From IMG/VR virus record IMGVR_UViG_3300033996_001430, positions 10,837-74,836 of that record: 64,000 bases of DNA. One strand, written 5' to 3'. This document shows positions 1 through 8,694 of the stretch, in pieces; the first letter of the stretch is position 1; each line of letters begins with the position of its first letter. A program made the translations under genes and the position numbers. This stretch comes from a virus. The notes beneath the pieces were generated by a model. The model saw only the letters and a list, made by a program, of their open reading frames with translations. It did not search any database and was not told where the DNA came from.

Positions 1-57
1 AATGTTTATCTTTGTTTCCTCTTTGAGTATCCTTCTTATTGTCTCTTGTAGGTTCAT
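1..57 (-). CDS. leader-bearing hypothetical protein, truncated by window edge
   Basis: ATG at 57 overlaps the upstream gene's stop (TAATG); reads MNLQETIRRILKEETKINI. Confidence 0.8.
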   Translation of the reverse strand, partial: MNLQETIRRILKEETKINI

Positions 58-413
58 TACTTTCTTTTTTTTAAACAATTATCCACATAGTAATTTCTTA
101 TCTCATCACCATATTTAGAGTTTACATATTTAACCATATCATCGTATATATTAGGCCAATCTTCTCCCATATTACTAAAATAATTAAAATACATAGAGTC
201 AATAGATCCCCCGATTATATTTTCAAGTAAGTCTTCTTCATCATTATATTGATGACATATTGTATCAGGAGCATAAAAACCTTTACCCAATCTAGATTCA
301 ACTTCATAATCCAACATTTCTATTCTTCTCCTAAGAGAGTTGGATAGTTTTCTTTCTTCTTTTAATAGTCTCTTTAATGAATTATTTTGACTCTCTGTGA
401 TAATAATTTTCAT
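57..413 (-). CDS. leader-bearing hypothetical protein, RR..(P)C(D)Y domain family
   Basis: MKIIITESQ..LLKEE leader; TATTTATA 4 nt upstream. Confidence 0.8.
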   Translation of the reverse strand: MKIIITESQNNSLKRLLKEERKLSNSLRRRIEMLDYEVESRLGKGFYAPDTICHQYNDEEDLLENIIGGSIDSMYFNYFSNMGEDWPNIYDDMVKYVNSKYGDEIRNYYVDNCLKKRK

Positions 414-436
414 ATTATATAAATATATGTATAAAT

Positions 437-463
437 AAAAAATCCTCCATGTTAGTGGAGGAT
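437..463 (-). terminator. intrinsic terminator after tRNA-like gene
   Basis: ATCCTCCA/TGGAGGAT 8-bp stem followed by T tract on minus strand. Confidence 0.75.
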
Positions 464-470
464 CTTTATA

Positions 471-563
471 TTGTCAGGACAGGATTCGAACCTGTAACGT
501 CTCAAACAAATTATGAGCTCTTGAGGTCAACGTCCCTAGCATCTACCGTTCCGCCACCTGACT
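471..563 (-). tRNA. tRNA-like gene with extended, aberrant anticodon arm (possible CAT loop), no CCA
   Basis: GTCAGG/CCTGAC acceptor; TGGCGGAACGGTAGATGC D arm; ACAGG-TTCGAAT-CCTGT T arm; central ~43 nt non-canonical with a CTCATAA loop. Confidence 0.65.
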
Positions 564-580
564 ATTTTGATTTAAATTTT

Positions 581-955
581 CTACATTATATATGGTTGCC
601 ACATATTTAGCACCTTTCTTACTCCAACGTTTTCAACTTTTAATATTGTAATATCTCCACTTTCAATTAACATTTCATCTTCATTACCACCTTTCCACTT
701 TTTGAATACAGGATTATCTACTCGTATGTGATATAAATATCCTTCTTCACCACCTTTCAGTGCCCTATATTCATTTTTACCAGTCTTTTCGTTCCAATTC
801 ATATGAACAGCAAACGAAGCAGCTCTATGGTTAGATGTTGATAAAAAAAGAGGAAATCTGAAATCTTGTATTAATGTTTTGCTTCCGTGATAACCTTTAA
901 TAAACGTATCTTTTTCTTCGTTTATGAACTCTTCAAATATTTCATTTAATTTCAT
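581..955 (-). CDS. putative ADP-ribosyltransferase-fold protein with leader
   Basis: YHGS, FLSTS and NEDEMLI motifs; leader ends FINEE; TATTTATA upstream. Confidence 0.5.
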   Translation of the reverse strand: MKLNEIFEEFINEEKDTFIKGYHGSKTLIQDFRFPLFLSTSNHRAASFAVHMNWNEKTGKNEYRALKGGEEGYLYHIRVDNPVFKKWKGGNEDEMLIESGDITILKVENVGVRKVLNMWQPYIM

Positions 956-991
956 AATATTATTTATTATAAATATACTATTTTTATTTTG

Positions 992-1058
992 TAGTCAGGA
1001 CAGGATTCGAACCTGCAATCTTCCTTGTTAGGAGCTCTGCCAATTGAGTTACCTGACT
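992..1058 (-). tRNA. tRNA-like gene with truncated anticodon arm, no CCA
   Basis: AGTCAGG/CCTGACT acceptor; ACTCAATTGGCAGAGC D arm; TCCT-AACA-AGGA mini arm; GCAGG-TTCGAAT-CCTGT T arm. Confidence 0.7.
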
Positions 1059-1064
1059 ATTTTA

Positions 1065-1157
1065 CTATCAGCTCTTCGGCATTCTACTCCCCGCAACACG
1101 GAATTGTATCTTACTTAGCCCATCGTCAGCGGTATGGGTACCGAAGTTCACTAATAG
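1065..1157 (-). ncRNA. putative structured ncRNA (three-way junction), family unknown
   Basis: CTATTAG/CTGATAG and CTTCGGTA/TGCCGAAG stems enclose CCCAT/ATGGG and TAC..TTCC/GGGA..GTA hairpins; GC-rich, non-coding. Confidence 0.5.
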
Positions 1158-1160
1158 TTT

Positions 1161-1239
1161 GAGGTTGAGAACCTCTGTGTTGTAAAGTAGATTAAATTCT
1201 TTCTCTCAACTCCTATTCCTTTCTCAAGGGAACAACACA
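1161..1239 (-). ncRNA. putative structured ncRNA, family unknown
   Basis: TGTGTTGT/ACAACACA stem, inner TTCC/GGAA hairpin, GAGGTT/AACCTC hairpin, possible GTTGAGA/TCTCAAC pseudoknot. Confidence 0.45.
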
Positions 1240-1250
1240 ATATTTTATTC

Positions 1251-1484
1251 TCAAACATTTGGTGTGAAACGTTCTGCCGCCTCCTTGTAGATAGACATCT
1301 GAGTCATCATCAAGTGGGTATAAACATTATCACCAACTATCTCGTGAACCATTTTACATTTCTCTCTAACAACTCCTTCTGTACGGACAAAACCTTGTGG
1401 TCCATCTTCTTTCATTTCTCTAACCGCTTGAGCCAATTCCAAGTCAGTCATATCAGAGAATACTTTTGTTACTTCGTTTTCCAT
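1251..1484 (-). CDS. hypothetical protein
   Basis: 77-aa ORF behind TAGATTTG promoter. Confidence 0.75.
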   Translation of the reverse strand: MENEVTKVFSDMTDLELAQAVREMKEDGPQGFVRTEGVVREKCKMVHEIVGDNVYTHLMMTQMSIYKEAAERFTPNV

Positions 1485-1504
1485 AGTTTGTTATTTTGAT
1501 TTGA

Positions 1505-1512
1505 CAAATCTA
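1505..1512 (-). promoter_or_regulatory. Bacteroidota-type -7 promoter element (TAnnTTTG)
   Basis: TAGATTTG with TTTG further upstream; would drive the ORF, ncRNA and tRNA-like cluster. Confidence 0.65.
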
Positions 1513-1552
1513 CAACAAAAATACTCTCAAACAAAATTTATTTTATGTTCAT

Positions 1553-1744
1553 TTATTCACCCTCATGTAATTTCTTATTTTTTTGTTCAGCCCAAAGGTC
1601 AACTAAAAGGAACAATCCCCACCACTTAACATCAACATATTCTTCAATTTTAGTTCCTGTAAATGCTGAAATCAACAATAGTACAAAAAGGTAAAGAGCA
1701 ACGATTAAGGGAAGTATTCCTATTATTTTTTTGAAAGTTTTCAT
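1553..1744 (-). CDS. small membrane protein
   Basis: two hydrophobic segments. Confidence 0.7.
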   Translation of the reverse strand: MKTFKKIIGILPLIVALYLFVLLLISAFTGTKIEEYVDVKWWGLFLLVDLWAEQKNKKLHEGE

Positions 1745-1838
1745 AATATATATTTTTTAGTTATTTAGTTTAATTCATCAAATATTTTATAGGTAAAATC
1801 TGAATATCTTTTACCGAATGTTGCATATACTAATTATT

Positions 1839-2045
1839 TTAATCTTCTAAATCTAATAACCAAGTCATTTTATCCAACCAAAAACTAATAGTTGGAAATG
1901 CAATAGTAATTATTGCTAACATCCATCCCCATAGTTGCCATCCTATTTCTGTATCACTTTCATTAGTATATACACCCCAAATACCAATACCCATGATTGT
2001 ATTTGTTACAATGAATGCTAAAATTCTTTTTAATATCTTTTTCAT
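1839..2045 (-). CDS. small membrane protein
   Basis: two hydrophobic segments. Confidence 0.7.
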   Translation of the reverse strand: MKKILKRILAFIVTNTIMGIGIWGVYTNESDTEIGWQLWGWMLAIITIAFPTISFWLDKMTWLLDLED

Positions 2046-2059
2046 ATTTTTCTATTGTT

Positions 2060-2230
2060 TTAATTTTCAATATGATTGTAAATCAATTTCATTACCCAAG
2101 CATTTTCAAGTTCATTTATACCACATACATGACACGCTTCTTCTTCAAGATTGTAATACATAACATTACCGTCTTTATCTTTCATGAAATCCATATTTCT
2201 AAGATCTATGATTACGTATTGTCCTTTCAT
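2060..2230 (-). CDS. small hypothetical protein (56 aa, not in ORF track)
   Basis: MKGQYVIIDLRNMDFMKDKDG..; fills gap in operon. Confidence 0.65.
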   Translation of the reverse strand: MKGQYVIIDLRNMDFMKDKDGNVMYYNLEEEACHVCGINELENAWVMKLIYNHIEN

Positions 2231-2231
2231 T

Positions 2232-2348
2232 CTATTTCTTTTTAAATCGTTTCTCTTGTATCTTCTCTTTTACTAACCCCACGATCAGTAGTACCAATAA
2301 GGTTACGCTTACTATAAGGGTCATCCAATGTATCTCTATTCTATCCAT
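2232..2348 (-). CDS. small membrane peptide (38 aa, not in ORF track)
   Basis: MDRIEIHWMTLIVSVTLLVLLIVGLVKEK..; start overlaps upstream stop. Confidence 0.55.
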   Translation of the reverse strand: MDRIEIHWMTLIVSVTLLVLLIVGLVKEKIQEKRFKKK

Positions 2349-2518
2349 TACCTTTTTTTATTTTTTCTGAATATATTACGTTCGTATTCTAAATCCCAAA
2401 TCCATCTTGTTCTACAAGTCCATACCCACAATCTAACTCTCCACCGATGTCTTAGTTTAACCTTCCATGGAAGTTTCTCCATTTCTTTGAGTAATCTGTC
2501 AACAGTTTTAGTTCTCAT
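2348..2518 (-). CDS. small basic Trp-rich protein (56 aa, not in ORF track)
   Basis: MRTKTVDRLLKEMEKLPWKVKLR..; overlaps both neighbours. Confidence 0.6.
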   Translation of the reverse strand: MRTKTVDRLLKEMEKLPWKVKLRHRWRVRLWVWTCRTRWIWDLEYERNIFRKNKKR

Positions 2519-2855
2519 GTTTCTCTGTGATTTTAATTAACTTAGTTAGACAAGATAATTCAGCCTCTTCGTAGGTGGGGTGAGAACTCATCATTAAACC
2601 ATTCTTCAACAGGTTATAACCCAACTCAAGTTTCTTGTCATCAATGGGTTTAATCACTATGCACAACCCACTCTCTCTAAACCATCTAAATGCTTGTTGG
2701 TATAGTGGTGTATTACATTCACCATCAAAATCCATAGAATCATATAATAACACTTTTTCACCTTTCATATCTTTGTAATAAGCAAAGCAAGGTTCATCAA
2801 ATCCAAGTGTTTTGAGTTTCATTGCCAACTCATAGGGTACAAATTCTTTATTCAT
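2508..2855 (-). CDS. hypothetical phage protein (start revised to MNKEFVPYE)
   Basis: TATATTTG 4 nt upstream of ATG 2855; LKTLGFDEPC..PLYQQAFRWFR. Confidence 0.8.
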   Translation of the reverse strand: MNKEFVPYELAMKLKTLGFDEPCFAYYKDMKGEKVLLYDSMDFDGECNTPLYQQAFRWFRESGLCIVIKPIDDKKLELGYNLLKNGLMMSSHPTYEEAELSCLTKLIKITEKHEN

Positions 2856-3123
2856 ATGACAAATATATTGCAATGTTCTTGTCAATCCAAATTTTATTTA
2901 GTGATTGATGTCTTATCTCGTTTATGGTATCTGGTCTATATGTTGTATCAGGATTCATTATTATGGTCCCAAAGTTGTACACCGTCGTATCTTTCTTCTG
3001 TGTCACCATAATTGGTACCAGTTCCCCGTATTGATCCACCCAATATAAATCTTGTGATACCTTTGGTGAACATCCAATTAGTAGTAATACTATTATTATG
3101 TAATTACATATAATCTTCATCAT
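2848..3123 (-). CDS. putative lipoprotein
   Basis: hydrophobic N terminus ending LLIGC. Confidence 0.6.
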   Translation of the reverse strand: MMKIICNYIIIVLLLIGCSPKVSQDLYWVDQYGELVPIMVTQKKDTTVYNFGTIIMNPDTTYRPDTINEIRHQSLNKIWIDKNIAIYLSYE

Positions 3124-3277
3124 CGTTATTATCTATTCTAATATAATTTTCATAATCCTTACAATAACATTCAAAACATCTGTATATATCTTTTTCCGTA
3201 TCAGAGTTGTTATATGTCAAGATAACAAAAACTTCTTCAGATCCGCAATTCATACATTTGTTTTTTGGTTCTACCAT
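3104..3277 (-). CDS. small zinc-ribbon protein (57 aa, not in ORF track)
   Basis: CMNC..CFEC. Confidence 0.6.
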   Translation of the reverse strand: MVEPKNKCMNCGSEEVFVILTYNNSDTEKDIYRCFECYCKDYENYIRIDNNDDEDYM

Positions 3278-3280
3278 ATG

Positions 3281-3646
3281 TTACAATGTTTTATTCCAAC
3301 TTATCAATTCCATTATCTGTCTTGTTAGATGTCCTGCCGTTTTTGTTCCGTCAATACTCCATCCGATAATTAAATGTTCAATCTCAGAATATAAAATATT
3401 TTCTCTTACCAATGTGGGTAAACTATCTTTAGTTTTTTCTAATACTTCATTAGCCTTTTTTAGTGATTCAGGGAATAAAACGTCCTGACGGTACTTTGGT
3501 ATTGACACCACCTCATCGTACCACTGAAACCCATCTAAATCAGTTTCTTTCATTGAAAATAGAAGACTTTGGTACTCCATACCTGTTTCATAATAATTAC
3601 TTATAAACCATTGGATCCTTTCATCATATGTTAATTCTTTTTCCAT
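3281..3646 (-). CDS. hypothetical protein (start revised to MEKELTYDER)
   Basis: TATTTTTG just upstream of ATG 3646. Confidence 0.75.
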   Translation of the reverse strand: MEKELTYDERIQWFISNYYETGMEYQSLLFSMKETDLDGFQWYDEVVSIPKYRQDVLFPESLKKANEVLEKTKDSLPTLVRENILYSEIEHLIIGWSIDGTKTAGHLTRQIMELISWNKTL

Positions 3647-3659
3647 AACAAAAATATAC

Positions 3660-3689
3660 AAAAAATCCCCCATATAATCAATGGGGGAT
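3660..3689 (-). terminator. intrinsic terminator
   Basis: ATCCCCCAT/ATGGGGGAT stem plus T tract. Confidence 0.75.
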
Positions 3690-3703
3690 GAACCTACTTT
3701 ACC

Positions 3704-4486
3704 TTATGAATTTTTTTCACATTCCTCTTTCACCTGAATAAAGATATCAGTTAATTCACGTTTCTTATAGTCAAGAATATAATCAGGAACATTCTTTTTT
3801 ACCATCATATAAACATCATCATCAAACTTCGTTCTTGCCACCCATATAACATCATCTATTATAGCTTCAATAAACTCACCTGACGTTCTATAATCACATG
3901 GGTACACCTCCTCCAATACCGCTCTAATTAAAAGATCCAATTCATTTATTCTTCTCTTAAACTCATTTGAAAACTTTCTTTCTTCTGTGACATTTTCTGT
4001 GACATTATCTATGACATCTTCTGTGTCATCTTCCATATCTTCATTCTCAATAACATGACAATCTAAAGATATTTTTGGTTTTGTACTAAAAAATACTGGG
4101 TGACCCACATCCCTAACATCAAAGGGAAAAAGCCTTTTAAACTTATCTAACATAATTTGTTTATACCAACTATCTATATGTGAAACATTATCATCAAAAT
4201 AATGTTTTAAATGCACATCAATAATTTTACCACCTGATCTTCCAGTTCTTTCTTCTATAAACAACACTTCTACACCTTCCACATTTTCAGAATAAATAAA
4301 ATCCTTAACTAACTTAGCCTGATCGTTAATGTCATCAATATCAATTTCCAATATTTTCGCTAACCTTTTAAATCCACCAACAGTTTTTGACGCTCGTTGA
4401 ATACCGTCAGTCTTAATTAGATCAGTTAAACTATCTTTTAATGTTTCTTCATTTAATATTTTTCTTATACGTTCTTTTAGTTTCAT
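3704..4486 (-). CDS. leader-bearing multidomain hypothetical protein
   Basis: MKLKERIRKILNEE; N domain paralogous to 5084-5569; C-terminal RR..PCDY domain. Confidence 0.8.
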   Translation of the reverse strand: MKLKERIRKILNEETLKDSLTDLIKTDGIQRASKTVGGFKRLAKILEIDIDDINDQAKLVKDFIYSENVEGVEVLFIEERTGRSGGKIIDVHLKHYFDDNVSHIDSWYKQIMLDKFKRLFPFDVRDVGHPVFFSTKPKISLDCHVIENEDMEDDTEDVIDNVTENVTEERKFSNEFKRRINELDLLIRAVLEEVYPCDYRTSGEFIEAIIDDVIWVARTKFDDDVYMMVKKNVPDYILDYKKRELTDIFIQVKEECEKNS

Positions 4487-5094
4487 ATCGTATTAACCTT
4501 AATCATATTATAAAATATATCAGCAATTTCATCAAAACTACTAACATTTTTTGATCTAATTGTGTCCTTTGTTTGTGAGATTAATCTTTCAAAATGGTTC
4601 AATGGAATATCTTTATACATTGATAAAGTTTTTCTATTTGGAACATTTATAAAACCTAACTTAACAAATTCTCTTACTTTTCTATTGGCGAATTCATCCG
4701 CAATAATTTCAATTTTTTTCATTGCAATTGCAGCTTCTTTAACATCTGTTTCATCCAAATAAAATTCATACATCTTTTCATCACCATATTTTTTATATTG
4801 GTACTGATGAGCAATCTCATGGAATATTATAAATAAAAAATCAGGTAATTGTTGTTTAAAAATTACCTCATTAAATAAAACACCATTATGTACGGCTAAC
4901 CCTAAAGCCGGATATTTAAACGTCGCAACTTCAATTTTTTTACAGTTTGAATTCTTTATAAATGATTCAATATTATCAATAAAACCTTCAGTTTCAGGAT
5001 ATGTTTCCATTACTTGTATTAAGAATTGTTCAATACCTTGAGTTTCTTCCTTTAATATTTTTTTTATGGTTTCTTGCAGTATATTAGTTACCAT
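4483..5094 (-). CDS. putative zinc metalloprotease (HExxH) with leader
   Basis: IFHEIAHQYQ and EIIADEFA; leader LQETIKKILKEE. Confidence 0.6.
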   Translation of the reverse strand: MVTNILQETIKKILKEETQGIEQFLIQVMETYPETEGFIDNIESFIKNSNCKKIEVATFKYPALGLAVHNGVLFNEVIFKQQLPDFLFIIFHEIAHQYQYKKYGDEKMYEFYLDETDVKEAAIAMKKIEIIADEFANRKVREFVKLGFINVPNRKTLSMYKDIPLNHFERLISQTKDTIRSKNVSSFDEIADIFYNMIKVNTI

Positions 5095-5569
5095 TATAAT
5101 ACCTCCCTTCTAAATCTATTTCCCTCACCTCAAGACCTGAGTTATCCTCAAACCATCTTTTAAATATAGGAACCCATTTATCATTAAATAAATTATTTAA
5201 GTCATTTATAACCCAATTACATATAAATAATACATATAAATTATCATAACCATCCCATTCACCAAGATAAGCATATCCTTCTAAATCATCTATTTCAAAG
5301 TGATATGATCCATATACTCTAACCTCCTCATCATAAAAATCAAATAACTCAGGACCCCAATTATAATCAGGGTAATAGTTTTCAGTAAGGTATTGATATA
5401 TAAATCCATTAAGATCTTCTTCATTAAGATTTAGTATCTTTATTAACCTATTCATTCCACCAACGGCCTTTGACGTTTTTTTAATACCATCAGTATTGAT
5501 CATATCAAACAAACTATCTTGTATTGATTCTTCGTTTAATACTTTTCTTATAGATTCTTTTAAATTCAT
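5084..5569 (-). CDS. leader-bearing hypothetical protein
   Basis: MNLKESIRKVLNEE. Confidence 0.8.
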   Translation of the reverse strand: MNLKESIRKVLNEESIQDSLFDMINTDGIKKTSKAVGGMNRLIKILNLNEEDLNGFIYQYLTENYYPDYNWGPELFDFYDEEVRVYGSYHFEIDDLEGYAYLGEWDGYDNLYVLFICNWVINDLNNLFNDKWVPIFKRWFEDNSGLEVREIDLEGRYYNGN

Positions 5570-5571
5570 AT

Positions 5572-6063
5572 TTAGTATTTAAAAATATTCACAATTTTAA
5601 CTTTTTTATCATCAATTATAGTGATTTCATCTTCGTTTGGGTGTAGGGAAAATGTTAATATGGTTTCATGGTAATCAATATTATTAGTTGGGGTTTTTAT
5701 TTCTATAACCCATAAATCATCTTTTTGTAATTTTTTGTTTTCTTTTTTTGCATTGTAATATAAATAATCTATCATTTGTTCGTGAAAATAATCCAACTCC
5801 CCAACAAAATGATGACCAATTTTTTTAGTATTTATATCTGTTTTTGATTTACTATAAACAAGTCTATATAATTTGATTTCAGATTTTTTACTTATCCTTT
5901 TTAATGTTTTTATTTTATCATTTAATAAATCTTCTGGTTCCACCCACGATATCCCTGTGTCTTTTGAAGAAATATTATCTAATAAATCTTCATAATTATG
6001 ATCAAAAACCTTTTTGTTGGTTTCTTCCCTTAATATTCTTTTTATGGATTCTTGTAAGTTCAT
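5572..6063 (-). CDS. putative ADP-ribosyltransferase-fold protein with leader
   Basis: LYRL and HPNEDEITI motifs; MNLQESIKRILREE. Confidence 0.45.
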   Translation of the reverse strand: MNLQESIKRILREETNKKVFDHNYEDLLDNISSKDTGISWVEPEDLLNDKIKTLKRISKKSEIKLYRLVYSKSKTDINTKKIGHHFVGELDYFHEQMIDYLYYNAKKENKKLQKDDLWVIEIKTPTNNIDYHETILTFSLHPNEDEITIIDDKKVKIVNIFKY

Positions 6064-6066
6064 ATA

Positions 6067-6405
6067 TTAATCTTCCAAATCTTTCATTTCAGGATTATTT
6101 ATATTAACTAACGCATCTTTATGTTGTAAAATATCTTTTTTGGTTAATTTCCTTCCCATTCTTTTTTCAAAACAACTTTTACATAAAGTTAATTTATCAT
6201 TACCATGTTTATCCCATATATCATCATTAACCATATACATAGTGTAATCTTTTTCACCACAATCGGCACAAGTAAATCTTTCTTCTTCAGATTTTAAAAA
6301 ATCTTCATCATCATCATTATTTTTAGGTGATTTAAACCAATCTAAAAAAGATTCGTCAACCCCCATCATTTCTCTAATTCTTTGTATGTTTTCTTGTAAG
6401 TTCAT
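6067..6405 (-). CDS. zinc-finger protein with leader
   Basis: CADC..YMVNDDIW..LCKSC; MNLQENIQRIREMMG. Confidence 0.7.
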   Translation of the reverse strand: MNLQENIQRIREMMGVDESFLDWFKSPKNNDDDEDFLKSEEERFTCADCGEKDYTMYMVNDDIWDKHGNDKLTLCKSCFEKRMGRKLTKKDILQHKDALVNINNPEMKDLED

Positions 6406-6430
6406 TTTGATTTAATTACTTTTGTATCTT

Positions 6431-7288
6431 TTATTTAACCCATTTTGAATTTTTTAATTCTGAGATAGGGTAAAATCCGTCGGCATATTTGTCGTAACCA
6501 CTTCCAAAAAATTTACCTCTATCAATTTTGTCTTGCCAATTATTAAATTGTGTGGTATACTTCCATAATTCATCTTTATCTGTCATATAACCATTATTTT
6601 TAAGATAAGCACCAACCATTCCTCCAGTTCTATCCGCACCGTGAGCACAGTGAATTAATGTATCACCTTGGTTTAAAATGTCACTAGTTTGTTGTATTGA
6701 TGAAGTATAACCTTTACCTAATTTAAATCCACTATGAGCATTAATAAAATGGTAAGTACAATCATTTTCCTCACATATTTTTTTTTCAGTTTCTCCAAGT
6801 GTTTTAGAATGGGAACTTATATGTCTAGAATCAGAATCTGTATCTCCGTTCATTCTCACTATATTTTTTATACCATATTTTTTAATTACTGAAGGTAATA
6901 CATCTGCAGTTATTTGAGCTGATCTCCAATTATTTGTCCCTCCAGGTATTTTATGAAATTTAAATTCTTTTAAATCACTAACATCCACATCATCCACATA
7001 CTCTTGTGCCATTTCAGTTTTTTTTGATTCAAACTCTTCTGGTGGTATTTCTTCTTTGTAAGATTCATGTGCTGCCTTTGTAATTGGACCATATATTCCG
7101 TCAATACCATCTTTACTGTCACCAAATTTCCCAATATAATATCCTTTATTGATTAATTCTTTTTGGATTTCAATTACTTTTGGATCATATTTGTAAGAAA
7201 TATCCATATCAATATCTTTTATCTCAGTTTCTTCTGTGATAAGTCCCATCATTTCTCTAATTCTTTGTATGTTCTCTTGTAAGTTCAT
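6431..7288 (-). CDS. peptidoglycan-binding domain fused to Cys-based (PTP/DSP) phosphatase, with leader
   Basis: IQKEL..DGIYGPITKAA PG-binding motif; HCAHGADRTG CX5R active site. Confidence 0.8.
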   Translation of the reverse strand: MNLQENIQRIREMMGLITEETEIKDIDMDISYKYDPKVIEIQKELINKGYYIGKFGDSKDGIDGIYGPITKAAHESYKEEIPPEEFESKKTEMAQEYVDDVDVSDLKEFKFHKIPGGTNNWRSAQITADVLPSVIKKYGIKNIVRMNGDTDSDSRHISSHSKTLGETEKKICEENDCTYHFINAHSGFKLGKGYTSSIQQTSDILNQGDTLIHCAHGADRTGGMVGAYLKNNGYMTDKDELWKYTTQFNNWQDKIDRGKFFGSGYDKYADGFYPISELKNSKWVK

Positions 7289-7320
7289 AGTAATAAATAT
7301 ATCACTAATTGAAAATCAAC

Positions 7321-7803
7321 CTATACTAATTCCATTTTAAACCATTCAGGGATCTCTCTATTTTTCCACACGGCAATCTTTGATTTTTCCCCTATGTAAT
7401 AATTTCTATATGATTCTACCACACTTGGAACTTTGTATTCATCTGGCATTGCTCTTGCAGGTTCGGTGAACCCTTTATCCACAATGTTTGGTTTGTTTAC
7501 AATACACCACTCTATTACATCCTGAGACTTATGTCTCTTACCGTAACGATATGTATATTCTTTACATAACTCTAATCCCAAGTCACATAGGTATAAATAA
7601 TTGGATAGAGATTCTCTTGACCATATTGCACATGGATGATTTTTGTGGGATAACTTGTACGGTACTTGGTCGGTTACTTGGTCGGTCATATGATGAACAC
7701 CACACAATAGTTGTGCAGTCTCAAGGATCATCTTAACTACGTGCTTATCACAATGATATTGAGCACACTTTCTTGTGTCTGTATCTAATAGAAAAATATT
7801 CAT
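7321..7803 (-). CDS. pyrimidine-dimer DNA glycosylase (DenV-like family)
   Basis: MNIF..HCDKHVVKMILETAQLL..HKNHPC motifs; TATATTTG 4 nt upstream. Confidence 0.75.
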   Translation of the reverse strand: MNIFLLDTDTRKCAQYHCDKHVVKMILETAQLLCGVHHMTDQVTDQVPYKLSHKNHPCAIWSRESLSNYLYLCDLGLELCKEYTYRYGKRHKSQDVIEWCIVNKPNIVDKGFTEPARAMPDEYKVPSVVESYRNYYIGEKSKIAVWKNREIPEWFKMELV

Positions 7804-7866
7804 ATAACAAATATACGAATTTAATTTTTACTCACAAAAGTTTTTTAAACTATAATAAGATTACAT

Positions 7867-8568
7867 TCAATTACTTGAAGAATGGTCCCAATGCCATGGT
7901 TCACTTGATAAGGGTTTGAAGTTGAATCTTGACGCATTATCAACTAACCATGTATGAACTTTACTACCTCTCCTACAATGTTTAACGTCTATTGCACTAC
8001 CTTTACCATGATTTGATGTGCCAGGTTTTGCGGCTCTATTACCTTTCCCTGATTTATATTTTATCCATGCACACCACTGAGTAAAACCTTTACCACAACC
8101 TTCTTCTCTACTACCTAAAGGTCTATAACCTTGAGAAACTTTAATTTCAATCTTACCATCAGTTTCATCGTATGCCGTTTTAACCATATCATTATAGTCT
8201 TTAGCAGCTAAAGGATTTAATTTGTTTTTTGTTTGATTACCATCAGGATCCAACAAATTAACTAATTGTCCATCAGGTATATTACCGTTACTACTTTTTT
8301 CACTATCTAATTCAATATCATAATATTCATCATCAACACTATCAATACCATTTTCTTTCTCCAATTTATCTTTTTCCTCATCACTCAAATTCTTAATTTC
8401 ATCAACATCAGTGGTTCCAAATTTATCCTGAATGAATGATTTAATATCTTGACTAACATTTGAACTTTGTAACATATCAATAGTATCATCAATAAAACCT
8501 TCATTTAAATTATATAATCCCCTAATTTGTTTTCTTTCGTTTTCAGAAATAAGAAATCTTTTTGACAT
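7867..8568 (-). CDS. M15B (VanY-like) D-Ala-D-Ala carboxypeptidase or endolysin-type peptidase with leader
   Basis: SQGYR, AAKPGTSNHGKGSAID and EPWHW motifs. Confidence 0.85.
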   Translation of the reverse strand: MSKRFLISENERKQIRGLYNLNEGFIDDTIDMLQSSNVSQDIKSFIQDKFGTTDVDEIKNLSDEEKDKLEKENGIDSVDDEYYDIELDSEKSSNGNIPDGQLVNLLDPDGNQTKNKLNPLAAKDYNDMVKTAYDETDGKIEIKVSQGYRPLGSREEGCGKGFTQWCAWIKYKSGKGNRAAKPGTSNHGKGSAIDVKHCRRGSKVHTWLVDNASRFNFKPLSSEPWHWDHSSSN

Positions 8569-8607
8569 AATAGTGTTTTATTATAAATATATCATTAATT
8601 TTAATTT

Positions 8608-8694
8608 ATGGAAACGTTTTTAATACTTAGTTGGACTGTTATTGTTGTTATGACAACATTTTACCTAATCAAAAAAATTGATGGTAATAATTAA
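8608..8694 (+). CDS. small membrane peptide (28 aa, not in ORF track)
   Basis: METFLILSWTVIVVMTTFYLIKK. Confidence 0.35.
   Translation: METFLILSWTVIVVMTTFYLIKKIDGNN

Noticed and set aside
471-1058. Functional tRNA-Met, tRNA-Ser or tRNA-Val calls
   Set aside because: Neither gene has a 5-bp stem with a 7-nt anticodon loop at the canonical position.
1100-1140. Hammerhead ribozyme suggested by CTGACGA
   Set aside because: No stem II followed by GAAA and no matching stems I and III.
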